Of a stretch of DNA of 32,000 nt, positions 19,907 through 30,436 are shown piece after piece (positions within the stretch are counted from its first letter, which is position 1; every line of letters starts with the position of its first letter). The notes under the pieces were generated by a model. It searched no databases. It was not told where the DNA came from and saw only the letters and a list, made by a program, of their open reading frames with translations. Both the position numbers and the translations under genes were made by a program. Source of the DNA: Pseudoalteromonas tetraodonis (GTDB taxonomy: Bacteria; Pseudomonadota; Gammaproteobacteria; Enterobacterales; Alteromonadaceae); NCBI RefSeq assembly GCF_002310835.1, contig NZ_CP011041.1, positions 150,001-182,000 of the forward strand, read 5' to 3'.

Positions 19907-21721
19907 ATGTTGTTAGGTCAACTCAATGCGCTAGCAAGTCCGCTTTCGCAAGAGCAAGTACAAAAGCTACAAGGTTTAGTGGCTGAGCTTAATCCAATTC
20001 AGCAAGCGTGGGTTAGCGGCTATTTGGCTGCTAATGCTAATTCAGCAGCGCTAGGTGCGCCAATTGCAGGTACACCAGCAACCTCTGAGGCAGCAGTACT
20101 TACTATTTTGTATGGTTCACAAACAGGTAACGCTAAAGCGGTGGCGACTAAGCTTAAAGAGCAAGCTGAATCTCGTGGGTTAGCTGCAAAGCTGGTTAGC
20201 ATGTCAGATTACAAGCCAACCGCATTGAAAAAAGAAAAGTTTTTAACCGTTGTTGTATCAACTTATGGTGAAGGTGAGCCACCTGAAGATGCCGAAACAC
20301 TGTACGAATTTTTAATTACCAAAAAAGCGCCAAAGCTTGATGGCGTTAAAGTCGCGGTATTAGGTTTAGGTGATTCTAGCTATGAATTTTTCTGTCAAAC
20401 CGCTAAAGACTTTGAAGAGCGTTTAACTAAACTCGGTGCAGAGGTTATTTATCAACGTGCCGACCTAGACGTTGATTACGATGATGAAGCCGCCACTTGG
20501 ATTGAGGGCGCGTTAAATGCGTTTGAACCAGATTTAAAAGCTCAGCAAGATGCCACAGGCGGCCAAGTTGTATCAATGCCATTTGGCACGCCCACGACAG
20601 CGGCTAGCCAATACACTAAGCAAAACCCGTTTGCGGCAGAGCTAAGCTTAGTGCAAAAAATTACCGGTCATGACTCAACCAAAGATGTACGCCATGTTGA
20701 AATTTCACTTGAAGGCTCTGACATTACCTATACGCCGGGTGACTCGTTAGGCATTTACTTTTTAAATGATGAAGCCCGTGTAGATGAGCTACTAGCGCAA
20801 ACGCAAATTGATCCAACTAGCCGCGTTAAACTTGGCGATGAAGAACTTAGCGTGCGTGATGCCTTAATTGAAAAACTAGAGCTGACACAATCGTACCCTG
20901 GTTTTGTCGAAAAATATGCCACGGCTACAGGCACGCCTGAACTTCTTAAGCTTGTGGAAGATAAAGCCGCAATGCGCGAATATATTGAGCCTCGCCAAAT
21001 TTTTGATGTGGTTGCACAAAACCCAGCTAAATTAGAGGCGCAAACACTGGTTGATTGCCTACGTAAACTGCAAGCGCGCTTATATTCAATTGCTTCTAGC
21101 CAAAGCGAGGTTGAGGACGAAGTGCATTTAACTATTGCATTGGTTGAGTTTGAAGCGTTTGGCACAGAGCATTTAGGTGGCTGTTCAGGCTATTTAGCAC
21201 GCCGTGCGCAAGAAGGCTGTAAAGTAAAAGTATTTAGTGAACATAACGACAACTTCCGCTTACCAGTAAATGATGACACACCGATTATCATGGTAGGGCC
21301 AGGTACAGGTATTGCACCGTTCCGTGCTTTTTTACAAGAACGTGATGCGCGAGAGGCTACGGGTAAAAACTGGCTGTTTTTTGGTAACCCACACTTTACC
21401 CAAGACTTTTTATACCAAGTAGAAATTCAAGGTTACTTAAAATCAGGCTTATTGAGTAAAGTAGATGTGGCGTTTAGCCGTGAGCAAGCAGAAAAAGTTT
21501 ACGTGCAAGACAAGTTACGTAAAAACTCAAAAGAAGTATTTGACTGGTTAGAAGCGGGTGCTCATTTTTATGTGTGTGGCGATGCAAACCGTATGGCTAA
21601 AGATGTACACAATGCCTTAATTGATATCATCACAGAAAATACCGGCAAAAGTAATGAAGAAGCCGATCAATACTTAAAAGATTTGCGTAGCGCAAATCGC
21701 TATCAGAAAGACGTGTATTAA
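19907..21721 (+). CDS. cysJ: Assimilatory sulfite reductase (NADPH) flavoprotein alpha subunit
   Basis: Flavodoxin-like FMN domain (ILYGSQTGNAK...STYGEGEPP), FAD/NADPH domain (RLYSIASS, GPGTGIAPFRAF, FYVCGD, terminal QKDVY). ATG 19907 lies 7 nt after GAGGA. The GTG at 19874 was rejected. Confidence 0.95.
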   Translation: MLLGQLNALASPLSQEQVQKLQGLVAELNPIQQAWVSGYLAANANSAALGAPIAGTPATSEAAVLTILYGSQTGNAKAVATKLKEQAESRGLAAKLVSMSDYKPTALKKEKFLTVVVSTYGEGEPPEDAETLYEFLITKKAPKLDGVKVAVLGLGDSSYEFFCQTAKDFEERLTKLGAEVIYQRADLDVDYDDEAATWIEGALNAFEPDLKAQQDATGGQVVSMPFGTPTTAASQYTKQNPFAAELSLVQKITGHDSTKDVRHVEISLEGSDITYTPGDSLGIYFLNDEARVDELLAQTQIDPTSRVKLGDEELSVRDALIEKLELTQSYPGFVEKYATATGTPELLKLVEDKAAMREYIEPRQIFDVVAQNPAKLEAQTLVDCLRKLQARLYSIASSQSEVEDEVHLTIALVEFEAFGTEHLGGCSGYLARRAQEGCKVKVFSEHNDNFRLPVNDDTPIIMVGPGTGIAPFRAFLQERDAREATGKNWLFFGNPHFTQDFLYQVEIQGYLKSGLLSKVDVAFSREQAEKVYVQDKLRKNSKEVFDWLEAGAHFYVCGDANRMAKDVHNALIDIITENTGKSNEEADQYLKDLRSANRYQKDVY

Positions 21722-21783
21722 GTGCACGTTGTTTATTTTATTAAAAGCTAACAGCCGTCACTGTAACAAATTTAGGATTTAAA

Positions 21784-23481
21784 ATGAGCGAACAAGATAA
21801 AACCGTAAAGCTTTCTGATAACGAACGTTTAAAAAGAGAAAGTAACTTTTTACGCGGCACTATAGCGCAAGATTTAAAAGATGAAATTACCGGTGGTTTT
21901 ACTGCCGATAATTTCCAGTTAATTCGTTTTCATGGCATGTACCAGCAAGATGACCGCGATATTCGTCCTGAGCGTGCTAAGCAAAAGCTAGAACCACTAC
22001 ATAATGTCATGCTGCGTGCGCGTATGCCTGGCGGCATTATTAAGCCCGAGCAATGGTTAGCAATTGATAAGTTTGCTGGGGAGAAAACCAGCTATGGCAG
22101 TATTCGTTTAACTACGCGCCAAACATTTCAGTTTCATGGTGTATTAAAACCTGAAATTAAAGGTATGCACCAATTACTTAATAGCGTGGGTATTGATTCT
22201 ATTGCAACTGCCGGTGACGTGAACCGAAATGTACTTTGTACCACTAACCCTGTTGAGTCTGAGTTACACCAGGAGGCGTATGAGTGGGCGGCAAAGATTT
22301 CTGAACACTTATTACCTAAAACCAAAGCGTATGCAGAGATTTGGCTCAATGGCGAAAAAAGCGAAACCACAGAAGAGCCAATTTTAGGCTCAACTTATTT
22401 ACCGCGTAAGTTTAAAACCACTGTAACAATTCCACCAAATAATGAAGTGGATGTTCATGCAAACGACTTAAACTTTGTGGCGATTGCTGATAACGGTAAA
22501 TTAGTTGGTTTTAACGTGCTAGTAGGGGGTGGCCTTGCCATGACCCATGGTGATACTGCAACGTATCCACGAAAAGCCGATGATTTTGGTTTTATTGCCC
22601 TTGAAGATACCCTAAAAATTGCTGAGCACGTGGTATCTGTTCAGCGTGATTGGGGTAATCGTTCTAACCGTAAAAACGCAAAAACTAAATACACACTTGA
22701 CCGTGTTGGGTCTGGTGTATTTAAAGCAGAAGTTGAAAAACGTGCAGGCGTGAGTTTTGCACCAAGCCGCCCTTATGAGTTTACTCATCGAGGGGATCGT
22801 ATTGGCTGGGTTGAAGGCATTGACGGTAAACATCACTTAACGCTCTTTATTCAAAGTGGTCGTATTTTAGATTACCCCAATAAGCCACTGAAAACAGGGT
22901 GTCGTAAGATTGCAGAAATCCATCAAGGTGACTTTCGCATGACCGCCAATCAAAACTTAATTATTGCCGGTGTGCCTGCGGATCAAAAAGCAATCATTGA
23001 AAAAATAGCGCGTGAACACGGTTTGATTGATGACAAAGACACTGAGCAACGTAAAAACTCAATGGCGTGTGTGTCACTGCCCACTTGTCCTTTAGCGATG
23101 GCTGAAGCCGAGCGTTACTTACCGAGTTTAATTGAAAAAATAGAAGGCTTATTGGCTAAGCATGGAGTACCAAATGACAGCATTATTATGCGTGTGGTTG
23201 GTTGCCCTAACGGCTGTGGTCGTGCCATGCTAGCTGAAGCTGGATTAGTAGGTAAAGGCCCAGGTAAGTACAATGTTTACCTTGGCGGGAATACGGAGGG
23301 TACGCGTATCCCTAAGCTTTATCTTGAAAATGTGGGCGAAGAAGTTTACCTAGAGGCATTTGATAAGCTGATTGGGCAATGGGTTAGTGAGCGCAATGAA
23401 GGCGAATGCTTTGGTGATTTTGTTATTCGCAAGGGTATTGTTGCAGAAGTAAAAGTATCTGTTACCGATTTTTACGCATAA
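21784..23481 (+). CDS. cysI: Assimilatory sulfite reductase (NADPH) hemoprotein beta subunit
   Basis: [31 protein letters not shown], siroheme/4Fe-4S Cys cluster ([17 protein letters not shown]...GCPNGCGR); 565 aa. Confidence 0.95.
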   Translation: MSEQDKTVKLSDNERLKRESNFLRGTIAQDLKDEITGGFTADNFQLIRFHGMYQQDDRDIRPERAKQKLEPLHNVMLRARMPGGIIKPEQWLAIDKFAGEKTSYGSIRLTTRQTFQFHGVLKPEIKGMHQLLNSVGIDSIATAGDVNRNVLCTTNPVESELHQEAYEWAAKISEHLLPKTKAYAEIWLNGEKSETTEEPILGSTYLPRKFKTTVTIPPNNEVDVHANDLNFVAIADNGKLVGFNVLVGGGLAMTHGDTATYPRKADDFGFIALEDTLKIAEHVVSVQRDWGNRSNRKNAKTKYTLDRVGSGVFKAEVEKRAGVSFAPSRPYEFTHRGDRIGWVEGIDGKHHLTLFIQSGRILDYPNKPLKTGCRKIAEIHQGDFRMTANQNLIIAGVPADQKAIIEKIAREHGLIDDKDTEQRKNSMACVSLPTCPLAMAEAERYLPSLIEKIEGLLAKHGVPNDSIIMRVVGCPNGCGRAMLAEAGLVGKGPGKYNVYLGGNTEGTRIPKLYLENVGEEVYLEAFDKLIGQWVSERNEGECFGDFVIRKGIVAEVKVSVTDFYA

Positions 23482-23523
23482 TTTAAAAGCAGCGCACCGC
23501 GCTGGTGAGGTTTAAAATTGACC

Positions 23524-24264
23524 ATGAGTGAATTTAAAAACATATTACAGCTAGATAAGCAAAGCCAACAGGCTATGTTAGCTGATGCGAACGGTTTGCT
23601 GGCTAACATGAGTGCTGAGCAGCGCGTTGCATGGGCGTTAGAGCACTTGCCTGACACCGCGTTTTTATCATCGAGTTTTGGTATTCAAGCAGCGGTAATG
23701 TTGCATTTAATGACATCACAGCGCCCCGATATACCTGTTGTATTAACAGACACGGGTTATCTATTTCCAGAAACCTATCAGTTTATCGATCAGATGAGCG
23801 AGCGTTTATCACTTAATTTAAAAGTGTATAAAGCGCAGTTGAGCCCTGCATGGCAAGAGGCTAAATTTGGAAAACTATGGGAGCTAGGTGAAGAAGGTAT
23901 TAAGCAATACAACCAGCTCAATAAAGTAGAGCCAATGACGCGTGCTTTAAAAGAGCTTAACGCGAGCACCTGGTTTAGTGGCTTGCGTCGAGATCAATCG
24001 TCGAGCCGTGCTGAAAAACAAGTTTTAGAAATCAGCCGAGGTACAGTAAAAGTGTACCCTATTATTGAGTGGAATAATCGTGATGTGTACCAATACCTCA
24101 CTAAACATGATCTGCCATACCACCCATTATGGGAGCAAGGTTATGTGTCTATGGGTGATGTACACACTACGCGTAAATTAGAGCCAGGAATGAGCGAAGA
24201 AGAAACCCGCTTTTTTGGGCTGAACCGTGAGTGTGGCTTGCATATTGATGGTGATGGAATTTAA
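23524..24264 (+). CDS. cysH: Phosphoadenosine phosphosulfate (PAPS) reductase
   Basis: [30 protein letters not shown]-terminal ECGLH motif. The CC...CxxC Fe-S motifs of APS reductases are absent, so I call it PAPS-type. The start is ambiguous: ATG 23524, or TTG 23518, which has better spacing to GAGG. Confidence 0.92.
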   Translation: MSEFKNILQLDKQSQQAMLADANGLLANMSAEQRVAWALEHLPDTAFLSSSFGIQAAVMLHLMTSQRPDIPVVLTDTGYLFPETYQFIDQMSERLSLNLKVYKAQLSPAWQEAKFGKLWELGEEGIKQYNQLNKVEPMTRALKELNASTWFSGLRRDQSSSRAEKQVLEISRGTVKVYPIIEWNNRDVYQYLTKHDLPYHPLWEQGYVSMGDVHTTRKLEPGMSEEETRFFGLNRECGLHIDGDGI

Positions 24265-24292
24265 TTACCTTATTATTCAAAGCTATAAATTT

Positions 24293-24323
24293 AAAAACGC
24301 AGCTAAAGCTGCGTTTTTATTTT
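24293..24323 (+). terminator. Rho-independent terminator after cysH
   Basis: AAAACGCAGCTAAAGCTGCGTTTTTATTTT: stem ACGCAGC/GCTGCGT plus a T-run. Confidence 0.85.
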
Positions 24324-24400
24324 GTGGAAAATAATTGCCTGACTGCTGTTTTTTTATTATATTAATGATAATAAAGGATTAAATTTACAGCAGGAACGCT

Positions 24401-24931
24401 ATGAAATACTTTACCTACTTAGCAATATCAGTAATGGTCATTGCTCTTATCTCTTTGTTTTATCTTAAAAAGCCAAATGGGCAACCTTGGCTCACCAGCT
24501 CATTGATTAAAAATGAATCTTTTTCTATTAAAGATAAAGTGGTAGCGCTTTCATCTAATACATTCGAACAGCTCACACTTGAGCTTAAAAAAGTAGGAGA
24601 TAAAATCACATCGTCACCGTTAGCATCTGACTCTCAAAGTAAAATTTATAAGTGGCAAGATGAGCAAGGGCAGTGGCATTTCTCCGATGTGCCAAATAAA
24701 AATGGCAAGAGTATTGAAGTGCATCTTGATCCCGCAGATATTAATGTTGTGGTAGCCGAAGATACAGCTATATTAAGTGGCAGTGCTAAATCTGCGGCAA
24801 AACCTTTTCCTCAGCGAGCGCCTGAAATATACAACAGTGAGTCAATCAATAAGTTGTTTGAAGATGCTGAAAAAGCCAAAAAGAGAATTGAGCAACGCAG
24901 TAAAGAAGTCGAAAGTTTCAGCGGCTTTTAG
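24401..24931 (+). CDS. DUF4124-domain protein with N-terminal membrane anchor/signal
   Basis: N-terminal hydrophobic helix. IYKWQDEQGQWHFSDVP matches the DUF4124 signature (YKW.D..G...FSD.P). SD AGGA lies 6 nt upstream. Confidence 0.7.
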   Translation: MKYFTYLAISVMVIALISLFYLKKPNGQPWLTSSLIKNESFSIKDKVVALSSNTFEQLTLELKKVGDKITSSPLASDSQSKIYKWQDEQGQWHFSDVPNKNGKSIEVHLDPADINVVVAEDTAILSGSAKSAAKPFPQRAPEIYNSESINKLFEDAEKAKKRIEQRSKEVESFSGF

Positions 24932-24941
24932 CTCTAGACGG

Positions 24942-25178
24942 TTACTGCGATTTCAAGTAGCGCTTTTCTGCTTCCATTAATAATATGGTTAAATAAATTT
25001 TAGTTGGCAGTGATAAAAACACACCAATTGCAATGCACGCTGCTGCAGTAATAATGCCTTTAATACCGTACTGGCTGGTAAAGTAGCTCGATACAATTAA
25101 TATATGGCCTGTCACAATCAGGCATAACCCAAGCAAAATAGATGTTTTAAGTAGTCTTATCATTACTATTGAAGACAT
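24942..25178 (-). CDS. Small (78 aa) hypothetical membrane protein
   Basis: Two clear hydrophobic helices. SD AGAGG lies 5 nt before the ATG. The gene lies downstream of the acnA terminator. Confidence 0.5.
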   Translation of the reverse strand: MSSIVMIRLLKTSILLGLCLIVTGHILIVSSYFTSQYGIKGIITAAACIAIGVFLSLPTKIYLTILLMEAEKRYLKSQ

Positions 25179-25278
25179 GGCGACCTCTGCGCAGCGTGTC
25201 TTCTTAGTGTATGGTATCTTGATAGAGCAACATTGATTTAGCGCAAGGGTGTATCAATATTTACTCTATAGCGAATGT

Positions 25279-25313
25279 AAAAAAGCCCAGCTCATTGCTG
25301 AGCTGGGCTTTTA
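25279..25313 (-). terminator. Rho-independent terminator of acnA (bidirectional shape)
   Basis: Perfect 11-bp stem AGCCCAGCTCA / TGAGCTGGGCT, loop TTGC, with A-run/T-run on both sides. Confidence 0.9.
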
Positions 25314-25336
25314 AGCTACTACTGTTTAATGGCTAG

Positions 25337-28081
25337 TTAGTCGAGCATATTGCGTAATACGTACTGTAAAATCCCGCCATGTTTGTAGTAATCCCACTCT
25401 TTAGGGGTATCAATACGCACATCGGCACTAAAACTAACTTGTTTACCTTCACTGTTAGTGGCAATGACACTGACTTCGTCGGTTTTGTCGTATAAACCTT
25501 GAATATCAAATTGTTCTTGCCCCGTTAAGCCCAATGATTCATGGCTTTCACCCTCTTTAAATTGTAAAGGTAATACGCCCATACCAATCAGGTTCGAGCG
25601 GTGAATACGCTCATAGCTTTGTGCTATCACAGCTTTAATACCGAGTAGTAATGAGCCTTTTGCAGCCCAATCTCGTGAGGAGCCGGTACCATATTCTTTA
25701 CCTGCTAGAACCACTAATGGTGTTCCACTCTCTTGATATGCCATTGCCGCATCATAAATACTCTCTAGCTTATCGTCAGGTTGAGTGCGAGTGACACCGC
25801 CCTCAGTACCGGGGGCGAGTAAGTTTTTAAGGCGCACATTAGCAAATGTACCACGCATCATCACTTCGTGATTACCACGGCGAGAACCATAAGAATTAAA
25901 CTGTGCTTTTTCTACCCCATTTTCTTGTAGATAAAGTCCTGCGGGTGCCTCCGCTTTAATCGCACCTGCTGGTGAAATATGATCGGTAGTCACTGAATCG
26001 CCTAGTTTAGCTAGACAGCGCGCACCTTCTATTTTTGGGATCCCCGGCGGTTCAACACTCATACCATCAAAGAATGGCGCTTTTTTGATATAAGTCGAGG
26101 CAGCATCCCAATCGTAAAGCTTACCATCAGGTATTTGAATTTTTTGCCAGCGACTGTCGCCATCGTAAACATTGGCGTAGCTTTTTTCGAACATTTCTTT
26201 AGTTACCGTATTTTTTACAAGCTCACTCACTTCTTTAACGCTTGGCCAAATATTTTTAAGGTATATATCGTTACCATGCTTATCTTGCGCAAGTGGTTCG
26301 TTGTATACATCAATATCGGTTCTACCTGCTATAGCATAAGCTACTACAAGTGGTGGCGACGCGAGGAAGTTCATTTTAACGTCTTGGTGAATACGCCCTT
26401 CAAAGTTACGGTTACCCGACAAAATAGAGCTTACAATTAGTTTATGTTTTTGAATAGCTTCTGAAATTTCATCCGCTAATGGGCCTGAGTTACCGATACA
26501 GGTGGTACAGCCATAACCAACTAAGTTAAAACCAAGCGCATCAAGATCATCCATTAACCCTGCTTTTTCAAGGTAATCGGTAACCACCTGCGAACCTGGT
26601 GCTAAAGACGTTTTAACCCAAGGTTTTACATTAATACCTAATTGACATGCTTTTTGAGCCACTAATCCTGCCGCTAAAATTACGCTTGGATTAGAGGTAT
26701 TAGTACAGCTTGTTATTGCAGCAATGACGCAGGCGCCATCGTTTAATTCAAACTCTTGGCCATTAAAGTTAACTTTTGCTGCGCCCATAAACTGCGCTTC
26801 ATCAGTGGGTTCGTCAGGATTGGTAGTAGGGCCTTCACTTTCAATACGCGCTTGCTCTTCATCGCTTTTATCTCGACGTGCCATACGTTCGTCTTGGAAG
26901 TCTTTTAAGTGTTGACCAATAACATCACCGGCTTTATCCAGTGTGATTCTGTCTTGTGGACGTTTCGGGCCAGCAAGACTTGGTACTACATCATCTAAAG
27001 TTAGTTCTAGCTTATCAGTATAATGTGCTTCATCGCCATCATTACGCCATAAACCTTGATGTTTTGCGTAATCTTCAATCAGTTTAAGCTGCTTTTCATC
27101 GCGATTAGTTAAGCGTAAGTAATTAATCGTTTCATCATCAATAGGGAAAATACCACAGGTTGCGCCATATTCCGGTGCCATGTTGGCAATAGTCGCTCTG
27201 TCGGCCAGTGGTAAGTCGGCAAGCCCGTCACCATAAAACTCAACAAACTTACCTACCACACCGTGGTTACGCAGCATTTCAGTAACAGTAAGTACTAAAT
27301 CGGTTGCTGTAGTGCCCTCAGGTAAGCGACCATTTAATTTAACACCCACAACCTGTGGAATAAGCAAGCTAATAGGTTGGCCAAGCATTGCGGCTTCGGC
27401 TTCAATACCGCCTACACCCCAACCGAGTACGCCTAAGCCGTTGATCATGGTTGTGTGAGAATCAGTACCAACCAGTGTATCTGGATAAGCTAACGATTTA
27501 CCGTTTTTTGTATCATTAAATACTACGCGGGCTAAATACTCTAAATTTACTTGATGGACAATACCTGTGGCTGGTGGCACCACTTTTAAATTATCAAATG
27601 CAGTTTGACCCCAACGTAAAAATTCGTATCGCTCTTTATTACGTTCATATTCTAGTTTTGAATTTAAGTCGAATGAGCCATCTTTACCGTAACCATCCAC
27701 TTGTACTGAGTGATCTATCACCAGTTCAGCCGGAGAAAGCGGATTTATTTTTGCAGGATCGCCACCAAGTTTTTCCATCGCATCACGCATGGCGGCTAAG
27801 TCAACAATAGCAGGGACACCGGTAAAATCTTGCATTACTACGCGGGCAGGGGTGAAGGCTACTTCGGCCGAGGGCTTAGCCTTTGGATCCCAATCTAGTA
27901 GTGCCTGAATATCTTGCTCTTTAATATTCACACCATCTTCATTACGCAATAAATTTTCTAGTAATATTTTTAACGAAAAAGGCAGGCGTTTGGCTTTATC
28001 GCCAAGTCCCATGAGCGAGTTAATATGATATTGCTCGCCATTGATAGTAAGCTGTTGTTGGGTGTCGAAACTATTTTTCAT
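25337..28081 (-). CDS. acnA: Aconitate hydratase A
   Basis: IRP/AcnA-type signatures: [64 protein letters not shown]. Start set at ATG 28081 ([11 protein letters not shown]...). The 46-codon upstream extension in the ORF track looks non-coding. Confidence 0.95.
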   Translation of the reverse strand: MKNSFDTQQQLTINGEQYHINSLMGLGDKAKRLPFSLKILLENLLRNEDGVNIKEQDIQALLDWDPKAKPSAEVAFTPARVVMQDFTGVPAIVDLAAMRDAMEKLGGDPAKINPLSPAELVIDHSVQVDGYGKDGSFDLNSKLEYERNKERYEFLRWGQTAFDNLKVVPPATGIVHQVNLEYLARVVFNDTKNGKSLAYPDTLVGTDSHTTMINGLGVLGWGVGGIEAEAAMLGQPISLLIPQVVGVKLNGRLPEGTTATDLVLTVTEMLRNHGVVGKFVEFYGDGLADLPLADRATIANMAPEYGATCGIFPIDDETINYLRLTNRDEKQLKLIEDYAKHQGLWRNDGDEAHYTDKLELTLDDVVPSLAGPKRPQDRITLDKAGDVIGQHLKDFQDERMARRDKSDEEQARIESEGPTTNPDEPTDEAQFMGAAKVNFNGQEFELNDGACVIAAITSCTNTSNPSVILAAGLVAQKACQLGINVKPWVKTSLAPGSQVVTDYLEKAGLMDDLDALGFNLVGYGCTTCIGNSGPLADEISEAIQKHKLIVSSILSGNRNFEGRIHQDVKMNFLASPPLVVAYAIAGRTDIDVYNEPLAQDKHGNDIYLKNIWPSVKEVSELVKNTVTKEMFEKSYANVYDGDSRWQKIQIPDGKLYDWDAASTYIKKAPFFDGMSVEPPGIPKIEGARCLAKLGDSVTTDHISPAGAIKAEAPAGLYLQENGVEKAQFNSYGSRRGNHEVMMRGTFANVRLKNLLAPGTEGGVTRTQPDDKLESIYDAAMAYQESGTPLVVLAGKEYGTGSSRDWAAKGSLLLGIKAVIAQSYERIHRSNLIGMGVLPLQFKEGESHESLGLTGQEQFDIQGLYDKTDEVSVIATNSEGKQVSFSADVRIDTPKEWDYYKHGGILQYVLRNMLD

Positions 28082-28281
28082 TATTTGTCCCTTCAATAAA
28101 TTAGATTGATATTCTTGAAAAAGTGACCTCTGTAGTAGTTTGCAAACTGTGTACCATGATAAAAAAATACTATGCAGTGTAATTTTTTTGACTGTTATAT
28201 AAATAGAGATGAAGGCCAAAAGTTAAAATTCAAGGGATGCTCTGAGTAATAATTGGCCACAAAACTAAACTCAAAAAAGTG

Positions 28282-28710
28282 TTATTTAAAGTAGTCCTGT
28301 TGTTTTAAGTGGAAACTTAAATACACCAATGCAATCGCAATTAAGGTCACTGCAATAGGCATAAAAATAGCGCTAACGCCAAACAAGCTGATGCTATTAA
28401 TAATCATAAAATTATAGTATTGCTGAGCTAAAACCGCTGCCAAAGAGATTATTAATGTTAATGTGGCTAGTGACTTTTTGAATAATAAAAGTACGCACCC
28501 TAATGCGCCGCCAAATACTGCAATAGCAAACGCTAAAGTAGCCCATAGGGGTTGGCTGTTATAAGCAAGTTGTTGTTCTTGTGGGAGTTTACTTACCATT
28601 TCGGGTGTTAATAATAGCTGCATGATAAATGCAAAAACACCTAATATATTCCATAACAGGGCGGTGATGAGTACGGGTTTTATCCAGCGGTTTGCAGTGT
28701 TTTCTGACAT
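28282..28710 (-). CDS. Hypothetical 4-TM membrane protein (142 aa)
   Basis: Four hydrophobic helices. I recognise no family motif. Confidence 0.5.
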   Translation of the reverse strand: MSENTANRWIKPVLITALLWNILGVFAFIMQLLLTPEMVSKLPQEQQLAYNSQPLWATLAFAIAVFGGALGCVLLLFKKSLATLTLIISLAAVLAQQYYNFMIINSISLFGVSAIFMPIAVTLIAIALVYLSFHLKQQDYFK

Positions 28711-28750
28711 GTAAGCATCGATTTTTTATTATTGATATTCTATTAAAGAA

Positions 28751-28781
28751 TAAAAAAGCCAGTGATGCAAACTGGCTTTTA
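28751..28781 (-). terminator. Rho-independent terminator after the ybcJ-like gene
   Basis: Stem AGCCAGT / ACTGGCT with a 7-nt loop, and an A6 run on plus (T6 on minus) immediately after the stem. Confidence 0.8.
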
Positions 28782-28806
28782 ATAACACATATGACGTAAG
28801 CGAATG

Positions 28807-29193
28807 TTAGCCAAACGAAATAGGACGACGACCCGTTTTTTCATCCACTTTAGGTTTTTTAGTACGTTTGCGCTTATTTTTAGCCGGCTCTGTTGTTGCT
28901 ACGGGCGCGGCTTTTTCTGCTGTAACTGTTTCATCAATAACAGGACGCTCTGCAGGAGTTGCATCTTCACTTAGCGTCAGTTGGAACAACTCGCCATCAA
29001 ATGTAAGAACATCGCCACTGTATAATTTTTTCCGTTTAATTGTACAAATTTCATGGTTAACACCTACATAGCCACCGCTAATTAGATTTTTTGCTTGGCC
29101 ACCACCTTCAACTAGATCTAATACTTTTAATAATTTACAAAGCTCTATAGGCTCTTCTTCTAATTCAATTTCTATATATTCTTTGTTCATCAT
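28807..29193 (-). CDS. ybcJ: S4-domain RNA-binding protein, YbcJ-like, with about 55-aa Ala/Pro/Lys-rich C-terminal extension
   Basis: IELCKLLKVLDLVEGGGQAKNLISGGYVGVNHEICTIKRKKLYSGDVLTF aligns with my recollection of E. coli YbcJ (ELCDLLKLEG..SGAQAK..IAEGQVKVDG..ETRKRCKIVAGQTVSF). Start at the ATG-ATG pair 29193/29190. The TTG at 29253 was rejected. Confidence 0.75.
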   Translation of the reverse strand: MMNKEYIEIELEEEPIELCKLLKVLDLVEGGGQAKNLISGGYVGVNHEICTIKRKKLYSGDVLTFDGELFQLTLSEDATPAERPVIDETVTAEKAAPVATTEPAKNKRKRTKKPKVDEKTGRRPISFG

Positions 29194-29434
29194 GTTTCTC
29201 TGTGGGGGTGGCATTAGCTGTAGTATAAAGGCTAGCTGGTTATTTTGCACCAAAGTGCGTTTGTTAGATGCGATGATTGTGCATTTTTTATGAAACTTTT
29301 TACCTCTTTCATTTGTCTTTAAAAAAACTGAAGTAATTCAAGACTACACTTCGCGTGAAAAAAATTACACATTGGCGCGCTTATTGCCAATATCTGTCGT
29401 AAAAAGAGATTGAATATAAACAGTGGAGTAAAAC

Positions 29435-29713
29435 ATGGGCATAAGATTAGCGATGAAAAAAGAGCTAATGGGCTTAGACAATTCAGATATGTTAACTGCT
29501 GATGATGTTAGAAAGCATTTGGCTCAGCAGGTACAAGAAGACACTGAACGTGGTTTTTCAGTTATCTCCAAGTTTAATGACACCCATAGTCAGTTAGTCA
29601 GCGGGCTTAAAACCAAACAAAGCGAGCTGGTATTTGAACGACATCGTTTATTTAATGAAGTACTTTATAATCGCCAGAGTGTTGATGCATGGTTAAATAA
29701 CCAAATAAATTAA
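29435..29713 (+). CDS. Hypothetical protein (92 aa), predicted helical, no recognised family
   Basis: Good SD (GGAG, 7-nt spacer) and an ATG start. No TM segment or signal peptide. Confidence 0.5.
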   Translation: MGIRLAMKKELMGLDNSDMLTADDVRKHLAQQVQEDTERGFSVISKFNDTHSQLVSGLKTKQSELVFERHRLFNEVLYNRQSVDAWLNNQIN

Positions 29714-29726
29714 ATTGCCATTTTAA

Positions 29727-29768
29727 ATCACCCCTTATAGACTACACTTGTAATCGATTGGGGGTGAT
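29727..29768 (+). promoter_or_regulatory. Hairpin whose 3' arm is the SD of the downstream lipoprotein gene
   Basis: ATCACCCC (29727-29734) and GGGGTGAT (29761-29768) form a perfect 8-bp inverted repeat with a 26-nt loop. GGGGGTGA is the only SD-like element before ATG 29770. Confidence 0.45.
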
Positions 29769-29769
29769 A

Positions 29770-30435
29770 ATGAAAAATGGAATTTTAATATGTGTATTGG
29801 TGTTTTTATTAGCTGCGTGCCAGCGACCTACTGTTTATGTTTTTATTGAAAACTTGCAAGGTGAACAGCGCAACCAGCTAGATGCTGCACTAAATGCACA
29901 AACTCTTCCCTATGAATATGTAGAACTAGCAATCCCATCAGATTTTGGTGAGGCCACATTACTACTCTCAAGCGATAAAATTTACCCCAAAGAGACGGAG
30001 CAACTTGCAGCTATAATGCAAGAGCTAGGGTACGCGCCACAAGTTAATTATACAAGTCGTTCAAATCATTTTTATGGTGATGGCAATATAGGCTTTTATT
30101 TAAAAAATGCTGATGCCAATAGAAATTTTGTTATGCCTAAACAGCTGAGAACAACTCATTGCAGCGAAGATAAATACAATGATTTAGCAGTCAAATTTGC
30201 AAATGAAGCTGTTGAGTTTACATTACCAAGTGGCGCAATCGTGAGGCTAAACTGGGAATATTTATATGGTTATGTTGTTGTTTATTTTAAAGACTATTCG
30301 CAAACATACAGTCATTCGCAGCCGCTTGTAAATACCCCCTTTGGCGCCAAGCCGTCAGATACCTACACATATACCGCAAGCGTTAACACCCCTGGTTGGC
30401 TTGATTGCTCACTACAAATTGTTTATATGGACTGA
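29770..30435 (+). CDS. Hypothetical lipoprotein
   Basis: MKNGILICVLVFLLAAC is a signal peptide with lipobox L-A-A-C. The remainder has no recognised motif. The TTG at 29758 was rejected in favour of ATG 29770. Confidence 0.65.
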   Translation: MKNGILICVLVFLLAACQRPTVYVFIENLQGEQRNQLDAALNAQTLPYEYVELAIPSDFGEATLLLSSDKIYPKETEQLAAIMQELGYAPQVNYTSRSNHFYGDGNIGFYLKNADANRNFVMPKQLRTTHCSEDKYNDLAVKFANEAVEFTLPSGAIVRLNWEYLYGYVVVYFKDYSQTYSHSQPLVNTPFGAKPSDTYTYTASVNTPGWLDCSLQIVYMD

Positions 30436-30436
30436 T

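Noticed and set aside
24931-24942. Convergent genes with almost no spacer and no terminator: the DUF4124 gene and the 78-aa membrane protein are 10 nt apart. At 30435/30437 the lipoprotein and cNMP genes are 1 nt apart.
   Set aside because: Tight convergent packing is common in compact bacterial genomes. It implies overlapping 3' ends, but nothing here suggests a specific regulatory mechanism.
28082-28219. A 46-codon N-terminal extension of acnA in the ORF track. Similar upstream extensions exist for the genes at 2309, 8400, 8931, 13765, 17291, 19874, 29253, 29758 and 30898.
   Set aside because: The extensions begin at non-ATG codons without an SD and add non-conserved residues. Internal ATGs with an SD restore the N-termini expected for each family.
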